From Nitrospirota bacterium (lineage in GTDB: Bacteria > Nitrospirota > UBA9217): a stretch of 64,000 nucleotides of DNA. Below are positions 1 through 9,834 of this stretch, in pieces. Each line of letters opens with the position of its first letter. The stretch's first letter is position 1. Under the pieces are notes generated by a model that was not told the origin of the DNA, did no database searches, and was given only the letters and a program-made list of their open reading frames with translations. Location of the stretch: assembly GCA_963740085.1 (NCBI GenBank), contig CAVUCU010000001.1:1408001-1472000 (forward strand). Reading direction: 5' to 3'. The position numbers and the translations under genes were made by a program.

Positions 1-56
1 ACCACGTGACGCTGCACGGACAAAGCGTTGCGCTTTATGTGCGGGAGGGCGATTAG
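1..56 (+). CDS. C-terminal end of an upstream gene (partial), possibly TreZ or another alpha-glucan enzyme
   Basis: Open frame from 3 reads HVTLHGQSVALYVREGD* and ends 2 nt before the GH57 ATG; it resembles a GH13 C-terminal beta-strand; identity inferred from the treY context. Confidence 0.4.
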   Translation, partial: HVTLHGQSVALYVREGD

Positions 57-58
57 CC

Positions 59-2506
59 ATGGAACGCTACATCTGCATCCACGGACATTTCTACCAGCCG
101 CCACGCGAGAACCCCTGGCTTGAAGCGATCGAGATCCAGGACTCGGCCCATCCCTACCATGACTGGAACGAGCGGATCACGGCCGAGTGCTACGCGCCCA
201 ATTCGGCGGCCCGCATCGTCGATGGAGAGCAACGCATTATCGACATCGTGAGCAATTATGCCCGTATCAGCTTCAACTTCGGCCCCACGCTCCTCTCCTG
301 GATGCAGATTGCAACTCCGGAGATCTATAAGGCCATCATTGATGCCGACATCCTGAGCCGGGAGTGGCGCTCGGGCCACGGCAATGCCATTGCCCAGGTG
401 TACAATCACCTCATCATGCCCCTGGCGAACACGCACGACAAGCGCACCCAGGTCGTCTGGGGGATCCGCGACTTCGAGTTTCGCTTCAAACGGCGTCCCG
501 AAGGAATGTGGCTCGCCGAAACCGCGGTCGACACGGAATCTCTTGAGATCCTCGCCGAGCAGGGGATCCTGTTCACGATCCTGGCACATCGTCAGGCGGC
601 CCGGGTGCGTCCGCTCGGGACAGAAGAGTGGCAGGACGTGAGCGACGCACGCGTTGACCCGACGCGGGCCTATCTCTGCACGCTGCCATCGGGACGGACC
701 ATCAATCTGTTCTTCTACGACGGCCCGATCTCTCAGGCTGTCGCCTTCGAAAAGCTTCTGATGCGCGGCGAGGATTTCGCGAACCGTCTTATGGCGGGCT
801 TCGATGACTCGCGGGACTGGCCGCAGCTCCTGCACATCGCCACAGATGGAGAGACGTACGGCCACCATCAGCACTTCGGCGACATGGCCCTGGCCTATGC
901 ACTTCATCATATCGACAACAACGGACCGGTGCGGCTTACGAACTACGGCGAGTACCTTGAAAAACATCCCGCCGCATACGAAGCGGAGATCATCGAGAAC
1001 AGCTCCTGGAGCTGCATCCACGGCATCGAACGGTGGCGGGGCAACTGCGGGTGCAATTCCGGAGGACATGCGGACTGGAACCAGGAGTGGCGCGGTCCGC
1101 TGCGCGAGGCACTGGACGGGCTCCGGGACCGGCTCGCCGAGGTCTTCGAAACAACGGGACGACTCTACCTGAAGGACCCCTGGCGGGCGCGCGACGACTA
1201 CATCAATGTTGTCCTCGACCGATCGGATGAGAACATCAACACGTTCTGCGAGCGCAACGCGGCGAGGCACCTGAATGCCGATGAAAAAGCGATCGTTCTG
1301 AGGCTGCTCGAGATCCAGCGGCAGGCCATGCTGATGTACACGAGCTGCGGCTGGTTCTTTGATGAGCTCTCGGGGATCGAGACCGTCCAGATCATGAAGT
1401 ATGCGGCCGGCGTGATACATTTGTCCAGAGACCTGTTGTACGAAGACATCGAGGCACTGTTCCTCGCAAAACTGGCCCTCGCCAAAAGCAACCTCGAGGA
1501 ACACCAGAATGGTGCGAATATTTATGAAAAATTCGTCAGGCCTTCCGTGATCGACCTCAAGAAGGTCGGCGCGCACTACGCCGTGAGCTCTCTGTTCGAG
1601 GAATATCCCGACGAGGCAACGATCTACTGTTACGGTGTCCGCAAGTTGGACTACCAGATAAATCACGCGGGCAGAACGCAGCTGGCCCTGGGCAGGATCT
1701 TCGTCACCTCGGAGATCACGTGGGAACACGACCACCTGACCTTCTGCGTGCTCCACTTCGGCGAACACTCGCTGAACGGAGGAGTACGCACCTTTCTGGG
1801 GGACGAAGAATATGATGCCATGAAGGCCGAGGTCTCAGCCGCCTTCGAAACCGGAGATTTTGCCGGGATCGTCCGGCTGATGGACACGCATTTCGGCATG
1901 CACAACTATTCCCTGAAAGACCTCTTCGCCGATGAACAGCGCAAGATCCTGGGCACCGTGATCAACGCGACGATCAAGGAATACGAGGCGGCCTACCGGG
2001 GCATGTACGAGAACAGCCGCCACATGATGGCCTTTCTGCAGGAAACGGGCATCCCGCTGCCGCGCGCCTTCCTGACCTCTGCCGAGCTCACGCTGAACCA
2101 CGATCTGAAACTCGCATTCTCCGGGGAAACGATCGACATCGAACAGGTGCGTGCCGCCGCGGAGGACATTCGCAAGTGGTATTTGCGGATCGATTCCATT
2201 GAGGTGGAATTCAAAGCGCGCCGCCGGGTGGAGCGGATGATGAACCGGGTTCTCAAGGACCCATTTGATCTTGCCGCCCTGAAAGAGACGCGGGAGGTGA
2301 TCGAGCTTCTGCAGCTCCTGCCCATGGAGGTAAATTACTGGCAGATGCAGAACACCTACTATATGGCAGCGCGGGTCGCTTATGTGGGGTTCCTCATGCG
2401 GTCAATAGCCGGCGACCGGGATGCCGCGGCGTGGATCGACGAGTTCAAAGAACTGGGCCGCGTGCTCCGGTTCAACATCGATGCGATCCTGCCCGATGAA
2501 AAGTGA
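59..2506 (+). CDS. GH57 glycoside hydrolase with DUF3536 domain
   Basis: N-terminal HGHFYQPPRENPW, GMWLAETAVD, ATDGETYGHH and MYTSCGWFFD motifs. Confidence 0.9.
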   Translation: MERYICIHGHFYQPPRENPWLEAIEIQDSAHPYHDWNERITAECYAPNSAARIVDGEQRIIDIVSNYARISFNFGPTLLSWMQIATPEIYKAIIDADILSREWRSGHGNAIAQVYNHLIMPLANTHDKRTQVVWGIRDFEFRFKRRPEGMWLAETAVDTESLEILAEQGILFTILAHRQAARVRPLGTEEWQDVSDARVDPTRAYLCTLPSGRTINLFFYDGPISQAVAFEKLLMRGEDFANRLMAGFDDSRDWPQLLHIATDGETYGHHQHFGDMALAYALHHIDNNGPVRLTNYGEYLEKHPAAYEAEIIENSSWSCIHGIERWRGNCGCNSGGHADWNQEWRGPLREALDGLRDRLAEVFETTGRLYLKDPWRARDDYINVVLDRSDENINTFCERNAARHLNADEKAIVLRLLEIQRQAMLMYTSCGWFFDELSGIETVQIMKYAAGVIHLSRDLLYEDIEALFLAKLALAKSNLEEHQNGANIYEKFVRPSVIDLKKVGAHYAVSSLFEEYPDEATIYCYGVRKLDYQINHAGRTQLALGRIFVTSEITWEHDHLTFCVLHFGEHSLNGGVRTFLGDEEYDAMKAEVSAAFETGDFAGIVRLMDTHFGMHNYSLKDLFADEQRKILGTVINATIKEYEAAYRGMYENSRHMMAFLQETGIPLPRAFLTSAELTLNHDLKLAFSGETIDIEQVRAAAEDIRKWYLRIDSIEVEFKARRRVERMMNRVLKDPFDLAALKETREVIELLQLLPMEVNYWQMQNTYYMAARVAYVGFLMRSIAGDRDAAAWIDEFKELGRVLRFNIDAILPDEK

Positions 2507-2516
2507 GGTTGATGTT

Positions 2517-4304
2517 ATGAAGCGATATTTAGTGTTATTTATTTTCGCGATATCCCTCGTGCTCGCGCCGGGCTTTATGTCCCCGGCCCTCTCTCAGGCC
2601 GATGCGGGCCATGCAGCAGCTTTTGCTTCCGACAGGGTGCAGGCAGGAGCGGCCAATGCTGTTTTGGTGCAAAACAACAGAACTGAGGCGACAGGGAATA
2701 AGTCTTTGCCTGCGGAGGCAAGAACGCCGGGCGCACCCGTCGTCGTGGGGAAGGACACCATCTTCTTCGTGCAGGAGCGGGTCCTTTCGTTCTCTCCCGA
2801 GGACCGCGCACGCGCAGTATCCGAGCGCATCCGGAACATCGCGAAAAACGCCCTCATCTCCCTCGAATCGATCACTGCGGTAAATGGTGAAACAACATCG
2901 GACATCGTTGCAGGCGACCTGATGATCATGTCCGTCACTGACCGCGATGCCAGGATGGCGGGCCGGTCCCGGCAGGAGCTTGCCGAAGACTATGCGCAGA
3001 AGATCAGGCGCGCTCTGGCCAAGCAGAGAGAGACCTACAGCCTGAGAAGCATACTCGTGGGTGCGGGACTTTTTCTGCTGGCTACCGCGGTGCTCGTGAC
3101 CGGTATCTGGCTGCTTCGCAAGGTATTCATAAAACTCTGCATCAAGGTGGCTTCATGGGAAGGGACGCGTATTAAGCCGCTCAAGATCCAGAATCTGGAG
3201 ATCCTGTCGGCAGGACGAAGCATTTTTATCCTCATCAAGCTGCTGAAGGGCCTCCGCCTTGCGATAATTCTGCTCCTCTTTTATTTTTACATTCCCCTGG
3301 TTCTCGATTTCTTTCCCTGGACGCATGGAGTGGCCTCAGTTCTGTACGGCTACATGATCTCGCCGATGATGACGGTCGTGCATTCGTTACTGGCCTTTAT
3401 TCCAAACCTGTTGTTCATTGCCATCATCGTCGCGGTCCTCCGTTATGTCATCAGGGGCGTCCGGGTTCTCTTTTCGGCAATAGCGAACGGCACGATATCG
3501 TTACCCGGCTTCTACCGGGACTGGGCCATGCCGACCTACAAGATCGTCCGTTTCCTTATCATCGCCTTCGGCGCCGTGGTCATCTTTCCTTATCTGCCGG
3601 GAAGCAAGTCACCCGCTTTCCAGGGGATCTCGATCTTTCTGGGGATCCTGTTTTCGCTGGGGTCGACGTCGGCCGTGGCGAACATGGTCGCGGGTACCAT
3701 CCTGACCTACATGAGGCCCTTCAAAATGGGTGACCGGGTGAAGATCGCCGATGCCGAGGGCGATGTGATCGAGAAGACTCTCCTGGTGACACGCCTCACG
3801 ACGATCAAAAATGTGGATATCACCATCCCGAACGCCATGGTCCTGAGCAGCCACATCATTAATTACAGCTCGTCTGCAAAAGAGCTGGGCCTCGTCCTGC
3901 ACACCACCGTCACGATCGGATACGATGCCCCCTGGAGAAAGGTGCACGAACTGCTGATCGCGGCCGCCGGTTCCGTGGAGGAGATCCAGAAAGAACCGAA
4001 GCCCTACGTACTCCAGACCGCGCTCGATGATTTCTATGTCCATTATGAGCTGAATTGTTATACGAACGAGCCCCATATCATGGCGAAGACATATTCCCAG
4101 CTCCACCAGAACATCCAGGACCGGTTCAATGAGGCCGGCGTGGAGATCATGTCGCCGCACTATTCGTCCCTGCGCGACGGGAACAAGGCGACGATCCCGG
4201 ATGAGCATCTGCCGAAGACCTATCGGGCTCCGGTCTTCCGTTTCGGTCCGGGAGGGGACACGCCATTTCCAAAGGACACGGCGAAAGGTCCGGATGAACG
4301 ATAA
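2517..4304 (+). CDS. MscS-family mechanosensitive channel with signal peptide and periplasmic N-domain
   Basis: RPFKMGDRVKI...TRLTTIKNVDITIPN and QDRFNEAGVEIMSPHY; start moved from 2421 to ATG 2517 behind a GAGGT RBS. Confidence 0.9.
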   Translation: MKRYLVLFIFAISLVLAPGFMSPALSQADAGHAAAFASDRVQAGAANAVLVQNNRTEATGNKSLPAEARTPGAPVVVGKDTIFFVQERVLSFSPEDRARAVSERIRNIAKNALISLESITAVNGETTSDIVAGDLMIMSVTDRDARMAGRSRQELAEDYAQKIRRALAKQRETYSLRSILVGAGLFLLATAVLVTGIWLLRKVFIKLCIKVASWEGTRIKPLKIQNLEILSAGRSIFILIKLLKGLRLAIILLLFYFYIPLVLDFFPWTHGVASVLYGYMISPMMTVVHSLLAFIPNLLFIAIIVAVLRYVIRGVRVLFSAIANGTISLPGFYRDWAMPTYKIVRFLIIAFGAVVIFPYLPGSKSPAFQGISIFLGILFSLGSTSAVANMVAGTILTYMRPFKMGDRVKIADAEGDVIEKTLLVTRLTTIKNVDITIPNAMVLSSHIINYSSSAKELGLVLHTTVTIGYDAPWRKVHELLIAAAGSVEEIQKEPKPYVLQTALDDFYVHYELNCYTNEPHIMAKTYSQLHQNIQDRFNEAGVEIMSPHYSSLRDGNKATIPDEHLPKTYRAPVFRFGPGGDTPFPKDTAKGPDER

Positions 4305-4386
4305 TAAAGATCATGCCGGATAGTGGATGAGGTCTGCCGCGATTAACCGCATTGATCCGAAGTAGGTGCCATCAGATGAATAATTC

Positions 4387-7380
4387 ATGGTAGGGAGAAA
4401 CAGCGTGCAACCGAGAATACCCTGCGCAACGTACCGCCTGCAGTTCAATAATCAGTTCCGGTTCGCCGATGCGACGCGGATCATCGCGTATCTGCATGAT
4501 CTCGGCATCACGGATATATATTCGTCCCCCTATTTCAAGGCAAAGAAGGGAAGTCTCCACGGCTACGATATCGTGGACCCCAATGCCCTGAACCCCGAGA
4601 TCGGCACCGAGGAGGATTACACCGCCATGGCCGCCGAGCTCCGGCGGCATGACATGGGGCAGGTACTTGATATCGTGCCGAACCACATGTGCGTTGACAG
4701 TTCGGATAACCTTTGGTGGATGGATGTGCTCGAGAACGGCCCCAGCTCTCCCTACGCAAAATTCTTCGACATCGACTGGGCGCCGGTCAAGAAGGAACTC
4801 AAAGACAAGGTCCTCATCCCGGTCCTCGGCAACCAGTACGGGAACATCCTCGAAGGACAGGAACTGCTTCTGGTTTTTGAAGAGGGCGCTTTTTTTGTGC
4901 ATTACTTCGAGCACACATTCCCCCTGCGTCCCCAGACCTATGTCCTGGTCCTGGAGCACGGTCGCGAGGAATTGCAAACCCTGCTGCCGGACGAGAGTCC
5001 GGAACTTGCCGAGTTCCTGAGCATCATGACGGCGCTGCGTCATCTTCCGTCCTATACCGAAACCGACCCCGACAAGACCGCGGAGAGGTTTCGTGAAAAG
5101 GAGGTGATCAAGCGGCGGCTCTGGACACTGGTTTCCGCGAATGCCGCTATCAAAGCGCATATTGATAAAAATGTGCTCATCTTCAATGGAACGAAGGGGG
5201 ATGCGAAGAGTTTCGATCTTCTCGACGATCTCATGAACCAGCAGATCTACCGCCTTTCGCACTGGCGGGTGGCGACCGAGGAGATCAACTACCGCCGGTT
5301 CTTCGATATCAACGAACTGGGGGCCATCCGCATGGAAAACCCGGACGTCTTCCAGACGACCCACCGGCTCATCTTCCGCATGATCCGGGACGGAAGCGTC
5401 ACCGGCCTCCGGGTGGACCACCCTGACGGGCTCTACAATCCTGTTGAGTATTTTTACCGGCTCCAGCGAGGATGCTTTGTGCAGCAGGGGCTCGCGTCAT
5501 TATCGCAAGAGCGGGATAACCAGGCAGCACCCGGGACCGCAGAGCCGGTCCTCGTGCAGCAGTACGACGACGCGGTGCTTCGGGACCCGGCCTTCAAGCC
5601 CTTCTATATTGTCGGTGAAAAGATCCTGGCAAAGAGCGAGCGGATGCCCGAGGACTGGCCCATCTTCAGCACCACGGGCTACGTGTTCGTCAATTCCGTG
5701 AACGGCATCTTTATCGACGGAGAGCAGGCAAAGACCTTTGATGCCATTTACGAAAAATTCATCCGAGCCAGGGTAAATGTCCAGGACATCATCTATGAAA
5801 AAAAGAAGCTGGTCATGCAGGTGGCCATGTCAAGCGAGGTGAATACCCTTGGCCATTATCTGAATGACCTCTCGGAAAAGAACCGGCATACGCGTGACTT
5901 CACCCTCTACAGCCTCAGGAGCGCGATTATTGAAGTCATCGCCGCATTCCCCGTGTACCGGACCTATACCAATACCTGGATCGTCAACGACCGGGACCGC
6001 CAGGTCGTTGAACTGGCCGTCTCCCGGGCGAAGAGGAATAACCCGGCGATCAGCGACTCGATCTTCGATTTTCTCAAGCAGGTGCTGCTGCTCCGGTTTC
6101 CGAAAGAGTTCAGCGATGAGAGCAAGATCGAGTGGCTCGATTTCGTCATGCGGTTCCAGCAGATCACCGGTCCGGTCATGGCAAAGGGCGTCGAGGACAC
6201 TGCCTTCTATGTCTACAACCGTCTCGTTTCGCTTAACGAAGTGGGCGGCATGCCCGAACGGTTCGGAACGCCCCTCGAGACGTTCCATGGACAGAACATT
6301 GAGCGGATGAAGTCCTGGCCCCACGCCCTCATCGCCACGGAAACACATGACACAAAACGGAGCAAGGACGTACGCTCACGGATCAATGTCCTTTCCGAGA
6401 TCCCCAAAGAGTGGAGCGAACATGTCAGGACCTGGGCCCGACTGAACAAAAAAAAGAAGGGCCTGATCGACGGAAGTGAAGCGCCCTCCCGGAATGAGGA
6501 ATATCTCCTGTACCAGACACTTATCGGCGCCTGGCCTGTGGAAGTGCTGGAGGGGAACGCCTTTGACGTGTTTGCCCGGCGGATCAAAGATTATATGATC
6601 AAGGCCGCTCGCGAAGCAAAGGTGAACACCAGCTGGATCAATCCGAACGCGGAATATGAACAGGCCGTGCATAGCTTCATCGACCGTGTCCTGCAGCAGT
6701 CGCCGCAGAACCAGTTTTTAAGCGATTTTCTGCCGTTCCAGCGCATGATCTCGCACTACGGCATGTTCAACTCGCTTTCCCAGACACTGCTCAAGATCTG
6801 CGCCCCCGGTGTTCCCGACTTTTATCAAGGCACCGAACTGTGGGACTTCAGTCTTGTGGACCCTGATAACCGCCGGCCCGTTGACTACGAAAAGCGGGTC
6901 AGCATGCTCGCGGAACTGAAGCAGAAGGAAGAGCAGATGACCGGAGTGCAGCTTGCCTGGGACCTTTCACTCAATAAAGAGGATGGCAGGATCATGCTTT
7001 ACCTTGTTCACAAGGCGCTCAACTATCGCCGGGAACACCGGTCGCTGTTCGAACAGGGCGAGTACCTGCCCCTCACTGCTGAAGGCGCACGGGCCGGCCA
7101 TGTCTGCGCCTTTGTGCGGAAGCTGGGCGGCAAATGCATGGTTGTTGCCGTGCCCCGGCTCCTGACACGCCTCATTTCAGGGGGCGGATCGGTTCCCTTC
7201 GGAAAAGCGGTCTGGGAGGATACGCGGCTCCTCCTGCCGGAGATAGGGCCAGGGGTGCAGTTCCGCAATATCTTCACCAATGAGATCATTGTCACCGTTT
7301 CACAGAACGGGACGGCGGTGCTTGCACTTGCCGATGTGTACGCCGCATTTTCCGCGGCAATGCTTGAACAGGTGGAGTAA
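4387..7380 (+). CDS. treY: Malto-oligosyltrehalose synthase
   Basis: ATYRLQF, HGYDIVD, DIVPNHM, NYRRFFDI, LRVDHPDG, EKIL, HDTKRS and PDFYQG...LVDPDNRRPVD. Confidence 0.95.
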   Translation: MVGRNSVQPRIPCATYRLQFNNQFRFADATRIIAYLHDLGITDIYSSPYFKAKKGSLHGYDIVDPNALNPEIGTEEDYTAMAAELRRHDMGQVLDIVPNHMCVDSSDNLWWMDVLENGPSSPYAKFFDIDWAPVKKELKDKVLIPVLGNQYGNILEGQELLLVFEEGAFFVHYFEHTFPLRPQTYVLVLEHGREELQTLLPDESPELAEFLSIMTALRHLPSYTETDPDKTAERFREKEVIKRRLWTLVSANAAIKAHIDKNVLIFNGTKGDAKSFDLLDDLMNQQIYRLSHWRVATEEINYRRFFDINELGAIRMENPDVFQTTHRLIFRMIRDGSVTGLRVDHPDGLYNPVEYFYRLQRGCFVQQGLASLSQERDNQAAPGTAEPVLVQQYDDAVLRDPAFKPFYIVGEKILAKSERMPEDWPIFSTTGYVFVNSVNGIFIDGEQAKTFDAIYEKFIRARVNVQDIIYEKKKLVMQVAMSSEVNTLGHYLNDLSEKNRHTRDFTLYSLRSAIIEVIAAFPVYRTYTNTWIVNDRDRQVVELAVSRAKRNNPAISDSIFDFLKQVLLLRFPKEFSDESKIEWLDFVMRFQQITGPVMAKGVEDTAFYVYNRLVSLNEVGGMPERFGTPLETFHGQNIERMKSWPHALIATETHDTKRSKDVRSRINVLSEIPKEWSEHVRTWARLNKKKKGLIDGSEAPSRNEEYLLYQTLIGAWPVEVLEGNAFDVFARRIKDYMIKAAREAKVNTSWINPNAEYEQAVHSFIDRVLQQSPQNQFLSDFLPFQRMISHYGMFNSLSQTLLKICAPGVPDFYQGTELWDFSLVDPDNRRPVDYEKRVSMLAELKQKEEQMTGVQLAWDLSLNKEDGRIMLYLVHKALNYRREHRSLFEQGEYLPLTAEGARAGHVCAFVRKLGGKCMVVAVPRLLTRLISGGGSVPFGKAVWEDTRLLLPEIGPGVQFRNIFTNEIIVTVSQNGTAVLALADVYAAFSAAMLEQVE

Positions 7381-7460
7381 CCGCGATAGGCCGGCCGCTG
7401 TTTCCGTCGGGCGGTAAGACGCAGGCACAGCAATACGTTCCGTACCATGAGGAGGGTTCT

Positions 7461-8693
7461 ATGTCGCACCCCAAGATACTCGCATTCGTTCTTGCCGGAG
7501 GAAAAGGCGAAAGGCTTGCCCCGCTCACGGATTACCGGTCAAAGCCGTCCGTCCCCTTCGGCGGGCGGTACCGGATCGTGGATTTTGTCCTGAGCAACTT
7601 CGTGAACTCGCGCATCTATTCCATTTACCTCCTGGTGCAGTACAAGTCCCAGTCGCTGATAGAACATGTGCGCCAAAACTGGGTCCTGTCCCCTATCGTC
7701 AGGGAACATTTCGTCACCGTCGTCCCGCCGCAAATGCGCATGGGGCCGGAGTGGTTCCAGGGCACCGCCGACTCCGTGTACCAGAACATCAACCTGATCT
7801 ATGACCAGCAGCCGGAACTTGTTGCGGTGTTCGGGGCGGACCATATCTACCGGATGGACATCCGCCAGATGATCGATTTTCACCTCGCGCGAAACGCTGC
7901 GGTAACGGTCGCTGCCCGGCCGGTGCCAATAGACCAGGCATCTTCCTTCGGCATCATCAGGACGGACCGGTCCAGAAGGATCACCGGGTTCCGGGAAAAG
8001 CCGGCCAGCCCCGCACCCATGGCCGATGACCCGAAGCGGGCCTATGCCTCCATGGGAAACTACATATTCAACAAGGACATCCTGCTTGATGCCCTCGTCA
8101 AAGGCCAGGAGAAGGACCAGCATGATTTCGGCACCCACCTGCTCCCCGACCTTGTCGATACCGGGAAGGCGTTCGCCTATGACTTTGCGGCCAACAGCGT
8201 CCCCGGCGTCATGCCCTCCGAGGAGCAGGGGTATTGGCGGGATGTGGGAACGATCCCCGCTTATTACGATGCTCATATGGACATGCTGGGAGAACAACCG
8301 AAGTTTGAACTGCATAACAAGCAATGGCCCATCCACCCCTCGGAATATCAGGGTCCTTCGGCGAAGATATTGAAGGGCGATATTCAGAACAGCTTCATCT
8401 CCGAGGGGGTATTGATCAAGGACGCGCGGATCGTCAATTCAGTGATACGGCGTGATGTCGTCGTTGAAGAGGATGTCGTTATTGAGGACTGTATCATCAT
8501 GGACCACACGGTGATCAAGAAAGGCTGTCGGCTCAAGCGGGTGATCGTTGACAAGTTCAATGAACTCGCCGAAGGCGAGCAGATCGGGTTCGGGCCCGAT
8601 ACCGATCGGCTCCGTTGCGCCTGCCACCGCGATCCATCCGGGATATCGATCATACCCAAGGGCGAACGGCTGATGAAGCGGCCTCCGTGGTAG
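7461..8693 (+). CDS. glgC: Glucose-1-phosphate adenylyltransferase
   Basis: LAGGKGERLAPLT..RSKPSVPFGG, GTADSVYQN, DHIYRMD, YWRDVGT, beta-helix C-terminus. Confidence 0.95.
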   Translation: MSHPKILAFVLAGGKGERLAPLTDYRSKPSVPFGGRYRIVDFVLSNFVNSRIYSIYLLVQYKSQSLIEHVRQNWVLSPIVREHFVTVVPPQMRMGPEWFQGTADSVYQNINLIYDQQPELVAVFGADHIYRMDIRQMIDFHLARNAAVTVAARPVPIDQASSFGIIRTDRSRRITGFREKPASPAPMADDPKRAYASMGNYIFNKDILLDALVKGQEKDQHDFGTHLLPDLVDTGKAFAYDFAANSVPGVMPSEEQGYWRDVGTIPAYYDAHMDMLGEQPKFELHNKQWPIHPSEYQGPSAKILKGDIQNSFISEGVLIKDARIVNSVIRRDVVVEEDVVIEDCIIMDHTVIKKGCRLKRVIVDKFNELAEGEQIGFGPDTDRLRCACHRDPSGISIIPKGERLMKRPPW

Positions 8694-8724
8694 CAACGGT
8701 GTCGTAGTCTTTCGGGGGAAAAAC

Positions 8725-9723
8725 ATGCTCTTATGGCTTGAATTCCTCACCTGTTCCGCGCTCATCGTCTTGAGCGGATACAAGCTGTCGCGATATGGAG
8801 ACATCATCGCGGAGAAGAGCGGGATGGGCCGGACCTGGATCGGCGTCGTGCTCATGGCCTCGGTAACGTCCCTTCCGGAGCTGGTCACGGGCATCAGCTC
8901 CGTGACCTTTGCCGGGGCCCCCGATATCGCTGTGGGCGATGTCCTGGGAAGCTGCGTGTTCAACATGCTGATCCTCGCTGTCCTGGATGGGCTCTATCGT
9001 CCCATGCCGCTCGGCACCAAGGCCCACTTCGGCCATGTCCTCTCCGCCGGCTTCGGGATCCTGATGCTGAGCATAGTGGCGGGCAGCCTGTTCCTCGGGG
9101 GCCGACTGGCGGGTTTCGGGTGGATCGGCCCGTATACGCTGCTCATCGGCCTGGTTTATGTTATCGCCATGAGGCTGGTGTACAATTATGAGCGGCGACA
9201 GATCGCGGCTTATATCAAGGAAAAGACCGAGGAGCTTCGGTATGGGGAAGTCCCGCTGAAAACAGCGGTCCTGAAATATTCTCTCAACGCCCTGGTCGTC
9301 ATTGGTGCGGCTGTTTTTCTGCCCGCGATCGGCCAGGCGATAGCAGTGCAGACCGGACTGGGCCAGTCCTTTGTGGGGAACATTTTTATCGCCATAACCA
9401 CCTCCCTGCCGGAGGTCGTCGTGTGCATTGCCGCATTGAAGATCGATGCCGTTGACCTGGCGATCGGCAACCTGTTTGGGAGCAACATCTTTAATTTGTT
9501 TATTCTGGCCCTCGACGATCTCTTTTTCGTTCCGGGTCCCCTGCTCTCGTTCGCGAACAACGGGCAGGTCATCTCCGCCCTGTCGGCGATCTCCATGACG
9601 ACCATTGCGGTCATCAGCCTGACCTATCGGGCAGAGAAAAAGGCGCTGCCCATGGCCTGGGATTCCATCGCGATCGTCCTGATATACATTGGGAACATCA
9701 TGCTGCTATACACATACCGGTAA
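8725..9723 (+). CDS. Sodium:calcium antiporter family (CaCA/YrbG-like)
   Basis: Two alpha-repeats, TSLPEL...GDVLGS and TSLPEV...GNLFGSN; about 10 TM helices. Confidence 0.9.
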   Translation: MLLWLEFLTCSALIVLSGYKLSRYGDIIAEKSGMGRTWIGVVLMASVTSLPELVTGISSVTFAGAPDIAVGDVLGSCVFNMLILAVLDGLYRPMPLGTKAHFGHVLSAGFGILMLSIVAGSLFLGGRLAGFGWIGPYTLLIGLVYVIAMRLVYNYERRQIAAYIKEKTEELRYGEVPLKTAVLKYSLNALVVIGAAVFLPAIGQAIAVQTGLGQSFVGNIFIAITTSLPEVVVCIAALKIDAVDLAIGNLFGSNIFNLFILALDDLFFVPGPLLSFANNGQVISALSAISMTTIAVISLTYRAEKKALPMAWDSIAIVLIYIGNIMLLYTYR

Positions 9724-9834
9724 TTCGTGTAAAATCACATCAGCGCAGGTCCCGGCGTACGGGGAGAGCCTGCGGCAACGTAAACCGCAAACAGGGATCA
9801 AGTCCGATCTCGCTTGATCTCAAGAAAGGCAGAC

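Noticed and set aside
53-1768. 571-aa minus-strand ORF
   Set aside because: Antisense shadow of the GH57 gene caused by codon bias; no motifs
2421-2516. N-terminal extension of MscS
   Set aside because: It overlaps the GH57 end; RBS and signal peptide support ATG 2517
6340-6375. TreY motif variant HDTKRSKD as an inactivating change
   Set aside because: The three catalytic acidic residues (RVDH, EKIL, HD) are intact
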